A DNA stretch of 64,000 nucleotides from an uncultured Bacteriovoracaceae bacterium (GTDB lineage: Bacteria > Desulfobacterota > Desulfomonilia > UBA1062): positions 72,909 to 136,908 of the forward strand of contig CAZRIV010000010.1 in NCBI GenBank assembly GCA_964600235.1, given 5' to 3'. Below are positions 1 through 9,209 of the stretch, piece after piece. Position numbers and translations under genes: made by a program. Below the pieces are notes generated by a model. The model was not told the DNA's origin and did not search any database. It was given only the letters and a program-made list of their open reading frames with translations. How positions within the stretch are numbered: the first letter of the stretch is position 1; the number at the start of each line of letters is the position of its first letter.

Positions 1-132
1 TCGGAGGTAGATCCTCTACAGGTGCTTGTTCCGTCAAACATGCACGGCCCCCATATATCATGTGCCGTGCAGAGCACCTTTGATAACGGCCGCGAAAAAC
101 CACGTGTACGAGTACGGTGCCGTGTATGCGTT

Positions 133-726
133 CTACATCCTCCAGTAGAGGTTTTTATTGGCAGTGGACGTATAGGCAGTGTTGGCCCGCAGGGTGCCGG
201 TATTGTAGACGCCGTCGTCATATTTCCTGTCCATTTCCTGAGCCACTTCATAGGGAATCTGGGTAAAGAGGATGCAGTTGGCATTCAGGGGCGTCGTTGA
301 CCCGCCAGGTGTTCCGATATACTGGATGTATGCCGTGCCTCCAAAGGGGTTTGTCGGGACACTGTTTGCCGCCCCGGTATACCCGCCGTTGATGATCTGC
401 GCGAGGACGAGGTCCTGGAAGAGCACCCAGCGCTCGTTGTTCGCATCGATCTGTCCGTCCCCGTCGCCGTTGTCGGTGTGACCCTGGGTCGGGATATTGG
501 TCACTGTTGCGGGCGCATCTCCGGGATACCAGTTATACCGGTCATAGTAGGTATAGAAGGCTGCAGTGAGAGAGTCCTTCTGGTTGACCGCCTTTTTCAC
601 CTTTGCGTTCTGGATGAGCGCCTCACCCTTGAGCACCCCTGTGATAAGCAGGCCGATGATCACCAGCACCAGGGCAAGTTCGACAAGGGTAAAGCCGCCT
701 TTCTGCTGATTCCGAAACCGTTCCAT
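133..726 (-). CDS. Type IV pilin-like protein with prepilin-type N-terminal cleavage/methylation domain; probable PilE/FimT-like minor pilin
   Basis: N-terminus MERFRNQQKG/FTLVELALVLVIIGLL matches the class III leader (G-F-T-L-V-E plus hydrophobic helix). GGAGG lies 6 nt upstream of ATG at 726. Last gene of a minus-strand run PilW-like > PilY1-like > pilin. Confidence 0.7.
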   Translation of the reverse strand: MERFRNQQKGGFTLVELALVLVIIGLLITGVLKGEALIQNAKVKKAVNQKDSLTAAFYTYYDRYNWYPGDAPATVTNIPTQGHTDNGDGDGQIDANNERWVLFQDLVLAQIINGGYTGAANSVPTNPFGGTAYIQYIGTPGGSTTPLNANCILFTQIPYEVAQEMDRKYDDGVYNTGTLRANTAYTSTANKNLYWRM

Positions 727-914
727 TCATACACCTCCTGGCAGTTTAGCGCGTGGAAATATGCACTTGTATGCACATGATCGGTATTCCGCGAGGTCTT
801 CTTTAGCGAGGGCATTCGTGAAGCATGCTCAGGTGTGCATCATTGCGAGGGAAAGAGGACCTTTCTTATGGAAGGCTAGAGGAGAAATGTCCCTGGCAGG
901 GTGCTTCTGCCCGC

Positions 915-3065
915 TCACTCCATGTGAGTGACAAGGCGTCTCCCGAGCGGCATGGGCGTGATGCCCGGCACCGTGGAGATATCCCTGTCATGGAAGGTCC
1001 CTGTTGGTGATACGTATCTCAGGATGCCCTTGTGCAGATCAACGGACGGACCGAAGGCCCTGCCCGTGAACATGGCTTCAGTACCGGTTTGATCGCCGGT
1101 CAAGGCGTCGTATTCCTCAAGCCTGGACAATCCGGTATCGATCCCGCTGCAGGGGGCCTCTTCGCTCCAGGTGCTCAGGATGACCTTGCCGTTGATAACC
1201 GTTATCCCGGCAGGCGGTCCGTAATCGAGAGAGGCGGCCCAGACAGGACGTTCTGGTGTGTGGTTCTCAAGCATCGTGGTGCTTGCGGCAATGAAAAAAA
1301 GCTCCTTGTTCAGTCTGTAGGGGCGTATCTCGATGATGGCATCTTTGGCGAGTGTGGTTATCATGCCGGCGGGATCAAGGCTCGAGGAGAAGAGGAATAT
1401 CCTGCCGTCGGATGTGCCCGCAAAGACACGGGCGGTGCATGGGTCATAGCGGATCACGGTGATGGTATGGCCTGTGTCGAACTGGGCCAGCATGCCGCCG
1501 CCCTCAATGGAATAGGCATGGACGGATGACCCGCTGCCGGCATACACCACGGACTCGGAGGCGTCATAGCAATCGCCTTTCTGCTGCCAGAGGACCTTGG
1601 GCGATCTGTCCATGCAGGTTATGAATCCTGATGTATTCGGGCCTGCCATGATTCTGCCACCCCTCAGGTTCACCTCTCCCCCAACGCCGATCATGAGCCA
1701 GGTCAGAGCCCCTGTGGACAAGGTGATTTCCAGCAGCCGGTCGCGTGACGTGGTGCAATACAACCTGGTTTCATCTGCTGCGGAGCTCCGGGCGAGGCCC
1801 ACGACGGCAAGTACCGGTAAGGATACCAGGCCTGCAGGATCCGTGACACTCTGCCTGTAAACAGTACATTTGTCGGTCTTGAGCCAGGGCGGATCCAGGC
1901 GCGCCCTGAGGTTTTTCAATACCAGCGCAGAATCGTCGAAGAAGACCGGAGGGCCGGTAACGAGGGCTTGTTCAGGGGCGAAGACCTCCCGGTCAGGCAG
2001 GATCTTTCCCCCTCCCTTTGCGGCCACGGCCTTCAGGAAGTCCGTGGCCGGGCCCATTACATGCACACTGATGCCCAATGACCTGGCATAGGAAGATACG
2101 TCATCGAGGCAGTGTGAACCTTCTTTTTCAAAGAAGGTGTCTTTCGTGTTCCCGTCATGGTCGAAGTCCCTGAGCCACGAGGGGAGGTGCCCGTCATTGA
2201 CCGGGATTCCGGCCGTGACGAGGATGATGTGTTTACTTGAGACGCAGTGGGGGGGGAAAAGTGATGTGGCCTGATAAAGGACCTCCGACAAGGGGCATGT
2301 GCTCGACCTCGGATATAAGCCGTCAAGGCACTGAACGATCTCCCGCCGGTCCATGGTGAAAGGGAGGATAGTTCCCGATGAGGTGCTCATCAGGCTCACC
2401 TCGCACAGGTCGAGTGACTCGACGAGTTCCTGCATGGACGAGAAGTGTTTGGCCCACATGGACATGGACCCGGTAAGGAGCTCGAGGTCCGGGGCACTCT
2501 GATGCGCGTTGCCCCAGCTTCCCCTGAAATAGGTGCATCCGGAAAGAGTACAGGCATCATTGATTTCACAGGCATCCGACAGGCGGGTAATGCTGCCGGA
2601 GGACCACCTTGCATAGAGGGCGTCCTTGTCGAAGTCGCAGCCCGATGATGCCTCCATGGTCATGGAATCATCTATGATGACGACGAGATGCGGCCTTTGT
2701 GCCGTACGGGCAAGGTGTGAGATGGTATCGGGGCACTGCTCCCTCATGGCCACACGCCAGGAATACGACTGCATCGCGCCGGTGGACTCCATGGTGATGC
2801 GAGTGGAAAAACTGATATGGTCCCATCCTTCGGGTGCACCGAACATGGTGCTGCCTGATGGGGGCATGGGCCCATCTGAAGGGCTGAACAGCTGATTCTT
2901 GATGATACGGTAGAATGCATTGCTTGATTTCATATGGTACAGGGTTATGGATGCGGAAGCCATGGTAAGCCCCAGTACGACCGCAAGGATCATCAGCATG
3001 AAGACGAGGATGAACCCCTGTTCACTGGATTTGGTAGGATAATGAAAGCTCTTTTTGGGTTCCAT
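915..3065 (-). CDS. PilY1-like type IV pilus tip adhesin/assembly protein (N-terminal vWA domain, C-terminal propeller-like region)
   Basis: 716 aa. vWA MIDAS-like motif HLVVIIDDSMTMEAS (DxSxS). Hydrophobic N-terminal segment. Sits between two prepilin-type genes as pilY1 does in pilVWXY1E-type clusters. GAGGT lies ~10 nt upstream of ATG at 3065. C-terminal fold assignment is inference. Confidence 0.5.
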   Translation of the reverse strand: MEPKKSFHYPTKSSEQGFILVFMLMILAVVLGLTMASASITLYHMKSSNAFYRIIKNQLFSPSDGPMPPSGSTMFGAPEGWDHISFSTRITMESTGAMQSYSWRVAMREQCPDTISHLARTAQRPHLVVIIDDSMTMEASSGCDFDKDALYARWSSGSITRLSDACEINDACTLSGCTYFRGSWGNAHQSAPDLELLTGSMSMWAKHFSSMQELVESLDLCEVSLMSTSSGTILPFTMDRREIVQCLDGLYPRSSTCPLSEVLYQATSLFPPHCVSSKHIILVTAGIPVNDGHLPSWLRDFDHDGNTKDTFFEKEGSHCLDDVSSYARSLGISVHVMGPATDFLKAVAAKGGGKILPDREVFAPEQALVTGPPVFFDDSALVLKNLRARLDPPWLKTDKCTVYRQSVTDPAGLVSLPVLAVVGLARSSAADETRLYCTTSRDRLLEITLSTGALTWLMIGVGGEVNLRGGRIMAGPNTSGFITCMDRSPKVLWQQKGDCYDASESVVYAGSGSSVHAYSIEGGGMLAQFDTGHTITVIRYDPCTARVFAGTSDGRIFLFSSSLDPAGMITTLAKDAIIEIRPYRLNKELFFIAASTTMLENHTPERPVWAASLDYGPPAGITVINGKVILSTWSEEAPCSGIDTGLSRLEEYDALTGDQTGTEAMFTGRAFGPSVDLHKGILRYVSPTGTFHDRDISTVPGITPMPLGRRLVTHME

Positions 3066-3708
3066 GGTAGCTGGACCTCATGTCAATGATCAGGTCTGGG
3101 CCTGAAATCCGGGGGTTGAAATAAACCACTGCCTCGGCCAGCAGCTCGTTGTTGCGATAGAGGCCGTCTTTCTTCAGTTCGTAACAGACGGCCGGGACCG
3201 CCCGGGCACCTTGGGGCGGCATTTTCCAACATGTCATGGGCACCCTTGTGTATCCCCGCGAATAGGAATGACTTATCCGGCAGGGCCCGCAATCGGTCAG
3301 TATGCCGAGACCTGCCCAGAAGTCTGCATGGCCGTCATTGTCTATGTCGATGGTATCGAGTACCGCATCAGATGAAGATGATGAATCGACGAGCGCGTAA
3401 TAAGGTGCCGGATCGGTGGAAGACAGCCTTATGCCGGGATTTTCCGAGGTGACGGGCACGCCTGCGATAAAGAGCCGACCTTCTTCTGTGGCGACCTTCA
3501 GGTCCTGGGGCAGCAGGAATGCGCATTGGGACATATCGGTGTTCAACCGGATGGATGCCTGCCTGAGTGACTGCATGCAGTACCAATCCTGCCTTATCTC
3601 CGCGTGGGTAACCGCTGCCACCCGGTGGAACTGATAGAGCGTAAGGAAAAGGATCGATGAACACGCAAGGGCTATGAGCAACTCCACCAGGCTCACCCCC
3701 TTTTCCAT
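3022..3708 (-). CDS. PilW/PilX-like minor pilin (prepilin-type N-terminal methylation domain)
   Basis: MEKG/VSLVELLIALACSSILF is a class III signal (G-V-S-L-V-E). GGAGGG lies 6 nt upstream of ATG at 3708; the longer ORF from TTG 3726 has no SD. 3' end overlaps the PilY1-like start by 44 nt. Confidence 0.55.
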   Translation of the reverse strand: MEKGVSLVELLIALACSSILFLTLYQFHRVAAVTHAEIRQDWYCMQSLRQASIRLNTDMSQCAFLLPQDLKVATEEGRLFIAGVPVTSENPGIRLSSTDPAPYYALVDSSSSSDAVLDTIDIDNDGHADFWAGLGILTDCGPCRISHSYSRGYTRVPMTCWKMPPQGARAVPAVCYELKKDGLYRNNELLAEAVVYFNPRISGPDLIIDMRSSYHGTQKELSLSYQIQ

Positions 3709-4139
3709 GCTGCTCCCTCCTTTCAAGACAAAAACCCCCTGGGAAAGGAAGGAAAAGTAGGTAGAAAACGTTAATTAAACAGGAGGATATACCATAGCAA
3801 CAATGAATATCGTGAGCTCATGGGCCTGGAAGGGGGTTGCCGCAGCAGAAAAAGCACTTATTCAGAAGGATGCTGCGCTTCAGACCTCCTCAATACCATT
3901 GCAACACAGTGTTAGAGTCATATTAAATACCATGAAGCGGGTGCTTGTCAAGCAGCATTCACCGGCAGGCCGACCGGCAAGGCACAGCAGAGAAGGCATA
4001 TCAGTTTTTTCATCATAAACCTCCTTTGATCAAAAGTATTTATCTAGTATAGAAATTATCTTGAATTCGAGCAGGAACTCCATGGAAAATGGCGATGGAC
4101 AACGCTGAGAGATATTGATAATAATCGCACCAAAACAAG

Positions 4140-5792
4140 ATGGAGCGCATGCAGAGCAGGGGTAATATCCTTATTACGGTCATCGTGGTGGTCGCCATAG
4201 CCATGACCCTGTTCCTGATCGTACCCCTCGGGGGCAGGGTCGGGCAGCTCAGGGAAGCCACCATCTCATTCATCTTCAGGAAAACTCCCCAGTTCATTTC
4301 TCTTGAAGTCGAGGTGGATGGTGTGCGCAAGCTGATAAGGGCCGGCGATTCGGTGAAGATCAAGGGCGGAGAATCCTTCATTATCACCAGGGTCATGGCG
4401 AATACATTTTTCAATTCATATCTGGGTGTCGATGTCGTGGGCTTCGGCAAGCCCAATGACCTGAACGAGCCCATTGACACGGGTGAGATCCGCAACCAGC
4501 TCATAGCAGCCGGCATCAAATCGGTGCCTATAGATGTCTTCTACCTCGACCGCAAGATAGCCAAGGTCCCGCTGGAACTGGATCTGTCCCAGCAGGACTT
4601 CATGGATCAGATCAAGTCGGCCAAGAGCGACGAGGAAAGGATATCATTGCTGCGCTCCGGCCATGCAACCTTTCCGGGCAACAGCTTTTTCCTGGAGGAA
4701 CTCGAAAAACTCCTGGGTGCCAAGGAAGACTACCAGTCCCTGGTGGGGATCTACAAGAAGATCGTGGAGGCCGACCCTGCGAATGTGAAGGCATACTCCA
4801 GCCTGTCCCAGTTTTATATCAAACTGAAGAACTACGACGAGGCGCTCGCCATGTGCGCCAAGATCGTGGATGCAGGGAAGGCGGATGCGGTAATCTACCG
4901 GCGCATGGCTTATATCTCGGGTGAAAAGGGTGATTTCGAGAACAGGGTTGTATACCTGAGAAAGGCATTGGAGTTTGATAAAAGAAACGAGGCGGTGGTC
5001 GTCGACCTTGCCAAGACCTACGAACAGGCAGGAATGGACAAGCAGGCCCTGGATGTATACCAGTCCGCGTCCGATACCGCCAGGGACCGCGATATACTCA
5101 TCCCGCTGATCCAGAATGCCGTGAAGAAGGAAGATTACAAAAAGGCCGGCGACCTTCTGAAGCGCTATATCCAGCGCTACCCCCAGGATAAAAACGCACT
5201 GGCACAGCTTGGAATGGTCATGGGTAAACAGGGGGATACCAGGGCCCAGGAGGCATACTACCAGAGGGCAGCCGAGCTTTCGGGTAATGACAGCGTGCTC
5301 TGGTATAATCTGGGAGTCGCCCGCGAGAAACTGGGCGACGCCAAGGGCGCGTCTGATGCCTATGCAAAGGGCCTCCAGGCAAAGCCGGGCGATGTGGATC
5401 TGCTGCAGGGCGCTGCAGCCCTGTCATTGAAGCAGGGACGGTATAACGATGCATACACATATTACGCATCACTGTCGAAAAAGAGCCCCAGGAAGGAACA
5501 TCTCAAGGGGCTTGTCAGCGCATCCGTCGGGTTGAAGGATCAGGATAAGGTCATTGATGCATGCACACAGTTTCTGAAGAGCCACAAGGACCACGACGTA
5601 GCCATTGCACTCGGTTATGCCTACGAGGCTCGATCTGCGGGGCGCGACAGCCGGACCAGGCTGGATGACCTGAATAAGGCCCTGGAGGCATATCAGACCG
5701 CCAGGAAGATTAATCCAGCTTCCAAGGTTGCGGCCGGCAAGATCCCGGAACTCAAGATTGAAATCCTGAAGCTCAGGAAGGCCCGGCAGTAA
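4140..5792 (+). CDS. TPR-repeat protein with N-terminal transmembrane anchor
   Basis: 550 aa. N-terminal hydrophobic helix ILITVIVVVAIAMTLFLIV, followed by multiple 34-aa TPR-like repeats (motifs such as AxxYxxLGxxYxxxGxxxxA). Divergent from the pilin cluster. Confidence 0.6.
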   Translation: MERMQSRGNILITVIVVVAIAMTLFLIVPLGGRVGQLREATISFIFRKTPQFISLEVEVDGVRKLIRAGDSVKIKGGESFIITRVMANTFFNSYLGVDVVGFGKPNDLNEPIDTGEIRNQLIAAGIKSVPIDVFYLDRKIAKVPLELDLSQQDFMDQIKSAKSDEERISLLRSGHATFPGNSFFLEELEKLLGAKEDYQSLVGIYKKIVEADPANVKAYSSLSQFYIKLKNYDEALAMCAKIVDAGKADAVIYRRMAYISGEKGDFENRVVYLRKALEFDKRNEAVVVDLAKTYEQAGMDKQALDVYQSASDTARDRDILIPLIQNAVKKEDYKKAGDLLKRYIQRYPQDKNALAQLGMVMGKQGDTRAQEAYYQRAAELSGNDSVLWYNLGVAREKLGDAKGASDAYAKGLQAKPGDVDLLQGAAALSLKQGRYNDAYTYYASLSKKSPRKEHLKGLVSASVGLKDQDKVIDACTQFLKSHKDHDVAIALGYAYEARSAGRDSRTRLDDLNKALEAYQTARKINPASKVAAGKIPELKIEILKLRKARQ

Positions 5793-5833
5793 ACGCGCGA
5801 GAGAACAGGACCCTTGGGAGACAACCCGACGCC

Positions 5834-6484
5834 ATGAACAGGACCTTTGCCATCGGCGACATCCATGGATGCCTTGATAAACTCCAGGACCTCATCGCCC
5901 GGATCGACCCGGGGCCCGGAGACAAACTCGTCTTTCTCGGCGATTATGTCGACCGGGGAGATAACACCCGTGAGGTGATCGATTTCCTCATAGACCTTTC
6001 ACGCCGGACACCCTGTGTCTTTCTGCGGGGCAACCATGAGGACATGTTCATCACCTTCCTGGAGTTTGACTCGAACAGGACGATCTTTTTCGCAAATGGC
6101 GGACTCAAGACGATAGAGTCCTATGTAAGGCCCGAGCGATTTACCTCCAATGACCAGGTGGCACGGCTGCTGCCGGATACGCACAGGGATTTCTTATCCG
6201 ACCTGGGCCTGTACCATGAGGATGAAGGGTATGTTTACGTGCATGCCGGCATACAACCCGGCCGGGCAATGAGAGATCAGGACAGGTATGACCTCCTGTG
6301 GATCAGGGACGAGTTCATCTTCACACCCACGGGAATGGACAAGAAGGTGATCTTCGGCCACACCCCCTTTGCAAGGCCCATGGTAAAGACGGACAAGATC
6401 GGGATAGACACCGGAGCGGTCTATGGCGGGGTTCTCACTGCCATGGAGATCCCCGGGGAGACATTCATCCAGTCTTTCCGGTAG
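5834..6484 (+). CDS. Metallophosphoesterase of the PPP family (Ser/Thr phosphatase / ApaH-like)
   Basis: Signature motifs GDIHG, GDYVDRG and GNHE occur in canonical order and spacing. Confidence 0.7.
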   Translation: MNRTFAIGDIHGCLDKLQDLIARIDPGPGDKLVFLGDYVDRGDNTREVIDFLIDLSRRTPCVFLRGNHEDMFITFLEFDSNRTIFFANGGLKTIESYVRPERFTSNDQVARLLPDTHRDFLSDLGLYHEDEGYVYVHAGIQPGRAMRDQDRYDLLWIRDEFIFTPTGMDKKVIFGHTPFARPMVKTDKIGIDTGAVYGGVLTAMEIPGETFIQSFR

Positions 6485-6499
6485 GGGCCTTATGAGAAC

Positions 6500-7165
6500 A
6501 TGAACGTTAGGGCCAAGGATTACTACAGCATATTGGGTGTGCCGAAGGATGCGGCATCATCCGAAATCAAGAAAAGCTATCGCAGGCTCGCACTCCAATA
6601 CCACCCTGACCGCAACCAGGATGCCTCGGCCATTGAGCATTTCAAGGAGATCACCGAGGCCTATGGGGTCCTGATCGACCAGGACAAGCGGCGCACCTAT
6701 GATCGGAAGCGTGAATTCTCCTTCAACCGGGAGAGGGTATTCGAAGATATCCTTTCCCGGGCCGAGTACCGGGATGTCTTCGATGATCTGCCCATACGCA
6801 GGGAATGGATCGAGCGCATCCTGAACGTGAGCAAGGTCCTTGCCTACGAGGCCTTTGTGGTGGGAGGTACGCCCAGGGATATCATCAGGAGGTCCATGGT
6901 GCGCCTGGCCTCTCAGAGCCTGAACAGGATGTTCCATAAAGTGATGGACATGCACGAGAGGATAGTCATCCCTGGAAGTATAGCCATTCTCGGTGGATAC
7001 ATCACCTTGGAGTACAGGCCCGGGTTCACCAAGCGGATGATCAGGGTGAAGATACCCAGGAATACGCAGCAGGGAACCATACTCAGGGTCCAGGGTATGG
7101 GCAGGTCGAACCCATCAAAAAGGGCGGGAGATCTCTATCTGCAGGTGGACATTGAATCGTCGTAG
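6500..7165 (+). CDS. J-domain (DnaJ-like) protein without G/F or zinc-finger regions
   Basis: N-terminal J domain DYYSILGV...[13 protein letters not shown] with HPD tripeptide. The C-terminal ~150 aa is unrelated to DnaJ. Confidence 0.7.
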   Translation: MNVRAKDYYSILGVPKDAASSEIKKSYRRLALQYHPDRNQDASAIEHFKEITEAYGVLIDQDKRRTYDRKREFSFNRERVFEDILSRAEYRDVFDDLPIRREWIERILNVSKVLAYEAFVVGGTPRDIIRRSMVRLASQSLNRMFHKVMDMHERIVIPGSIAILGGYITLEYRPGFTKRMIRVKIPRNTQQGTILRVQGMGRSNPSKRAGDLYLQVDIESS

Positions 7166-8052
7166 ATGACGATCTGGTTCTTGCCGTGTGTCTTGCCCCA
7201 GTACATGGCTGCATCGGCCATCTTGATTACATCGTGAGGTTCGCTGGAATCCTTTGGAAGGCTCGAGATGCCCATGGTGATGCTCACCTCAAGGGTCGAC
7301 TCCACCGTGCTGCAGATACGCTGGGAAACCACCAGGGCCTCTTCAATGGATGTCTCGGGGAAGATGATGATGAACTCCTCGCCGCCGTAGCGTGCAAGGA
7401 TGTCGCAGTTCCTCGTATTGTGCTTGAATACGTGGGACAGGCGCACGAGAAGCTCGTTGCCGTTCTCATGTCCCCTGGCGTCGTTGTACTTCTTGAAGTC
7501 ATCGATATCTATCATGGCCAGTGACATGGTGCGGTTATATCTGAGATGTCTCGAAACCTCGTTCTTAAGGACACTCATGAGGTGGCGGAAGTTATAGAGC
7601 CCCGTGAGTTCGTCGGTGCGGGAGAGATTCCGGTAATAGTCCGCCAGTTCGGCCTCTTCCTTGAGCCTCACCTCTTCGAGGATCCTCCTGATGGTGAGGT
7701 GGAGGTGGTCGAGCAGGATGGGTTTGGTGATGAAATCCGAAGCCCCGAGCTTCATGCATTCCACGGCATCACGTATGGTCCCATATCCCGTAATCATGAC
7801 TGCCTGTATATCGGGCCGAATCTTTTTCAAGGATTTCAAGAGTTCCGAACCGGTCATCCCCGGCAGGTGGAGGTCTATGATGGCTATGTGGAACAGGTCC
7901 TTCGCTATGAGTTCGATCGCCTGTTCCCCGCTCATGGTGGTGGTGACATCGAAATCGTGTCCCAGGAGGTATTCCGCAATGAGATCGAGGGTTTCCTGTT
8001 CGTCATCCACAATCAAGACCCGCGTTTTCTTCGATACAAGCGATGCGCCCAT
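7135..8052 (-). CDS. Response regulator with GGDEF output domain (diguanylate cyclase)
   Basis: Receiver domain RVLIVDDE...[11 protein letters not shown] plus GGDEF domain with RYGGEEF active-site motif. ATG at 8052 is preceded by AGGAG; the longer ORF from 8118 lacks an SD. Confidence 0.8.
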   Translation of the reverse strand: MGASLVSKKTRVLIVDDEQETLDLIAEYLLGHDFDVTTTMSGEQAIELIAKDLFHIAIIDLHLPGMTGSELLKSLKKIRPDIQAVMITGYGTIRDAVECMKLGASDFITKPILLDHLHLTIRRILEEVRLKEEAELADYYRNLSRTDELTGLYNFRHLMSVLKNEVSRHLRYNRTMSLAMIDIDDFKKYNDARGHENGNELLVRLSHVFKHNTRNCDILARYGGEEFIIIFPETSIEEALVVSQRICSTVESTLEVSITMGISSLPKDSSEPHDVIKMADAAMYWGKTHGKNQIVIYDDSMSTCR

Positions 8053-8394
8053 TCTCTTTGACGGTCTCCTTATCCTCACAATAATAATGAAACGGAAGGA
8101 ACATACAACTCTCTTCATAATAACGGATTTTCAGGTGCATTTCATGAGGGTTATTTTTTCATGCCGGATGAAGAGGCCAAATATTCTTGGCCGAATCTGA
8201 AGAAGATAATGCGAATTTGTGTCGTAACCCGAACCACCTGCAGGCCGTCCACGGGCAGTCTGCGTTGTCCATAACATCTTGTGTTCCGGGCGCCGGGCAT
8301 GACTGTTGTGCCGGGTTTTTTTCTGTGGAGAACCGTCTCTTTTCATGCAACATTTCTCTAAAGAAATTCCTGCGAACATCCGTTAAAAAGGGTG

Positions 8395-9201
8395 ATGCAA
8401 AAGCCTTGTCTTATGGAAAAGATCGAGCGGCAGATTGAGTGCATTCCGACGCTTGAGTCGAGCAGGATGAGACTCTTTAACGTTCTCCAGGGGGAGGGAT
8501 CCTCCATGGAGAATATCGAGCAGGTCATATCCAGCGATCCTGCCATGGCAGCCAAGGTCATCAAGCTGGCGAACTCGTCGTTCTACCGCCATGCCGACAG
8601 GCATGTGGGCATCCAGCAGGCATTACGCACCATTGGTCTTGACATGGTGAAAATCATAGCGTTGTCCATGGCTGTCATGGAGACCTTCGGCAATCAGACA
8701 CCCTCCATGAAGAAGCTCTGGGCGCACTCCTATGCGGTGGCATTCATCTCGGGAATACTCGGAGACTCGAAGGTCGAGAAGGAATGCCTCTTCACCGGGG
8801 GTCTTCTCCATGACCTGGGAAGGATGGTCCTGATATGCAAGACACCCGAACACTACCTGCCCCTGTGTGAATTCAGCGGGTGCTGGCCCGATGAGGCATT
8901 GGAGAGGGATGTTTTTGCCATGGACCACACCCAGATCGGCGAGATGATAGCCCGGCGGTGGCATTTTCCCCCTGAGGTCATAGGATTGATAAGGCATCAC
9001 CATAAACCTGCAAGCCATGCCTCTGCCCTTGTACATCTGACCGACCAGGTAGTCATGCAGTATGAAAAGGGTCTGATCTCGGAAGATTTTGAGCAGGATG
9101 CCCTCATCAGGGGCTACCTGGGCGATGAGTATAAAGATCTTGTAAATACTATTAGACAAAGGTATAGAACGAACACGTCTGTTTTTGAAAATTTGGGGTA
9201 A
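8395..9201 (+). CDS. HDOD domain signalling protein
   Basis: HD-related output domain pattern (AKVIKLANSSFY, HSYAVAF, GLLHDLGRMVL). Start ATG 8395 or in-frame GTG 8392. Confidence 0.65.
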   Translation: MQKPCLMEKIERQIECIPTLESSRMRLFNVLQGEGSSMENIEQVISSDPAMAAKVIKLANSSFYRHADRHVGIQQALRTIGLDMVKIIALSMAVMETFGNQTPSMKKLWAHSYAVAFISGILGDSKVEKECLFTGGLLHDLGRMVLICKTPEHYLPLCEFSGCWPDEALERDVFAMDHTQIGEMIARRWHFPPEVIGLIRHHHKPASHASALVHLTDQVVMQYEKGLISEDFEQDALIRGYLGDEYKDLVNTIRQRYRTNTSVFENLG

Positions 9202-9209
9202 GGGGCATT

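Noticed and set aside
22-300. 92-aa plus-strand ORF at the window start
   Set aside because: It overlaps the SD-supported pilin gene (133-726, minus) and has no motifs. The minus-strand partial ORF starting at 41 is more plausible but too short to call.
3803-4018. 71-aa plus-strand ORF in the pilin/TPR divergent intergenic region
   Set aside because: It has no SD and no motifs, in a region expected to hold two divergent promoters. It is likely non-coding.
4040-4519. 159-aa minus-strand ORF
   Set aside because: It overlaps the start and first 125 codons of the TPR protein gene in antisense. It is hydrophobic, but that reflects codon complementarity rather than genuine TM helices.
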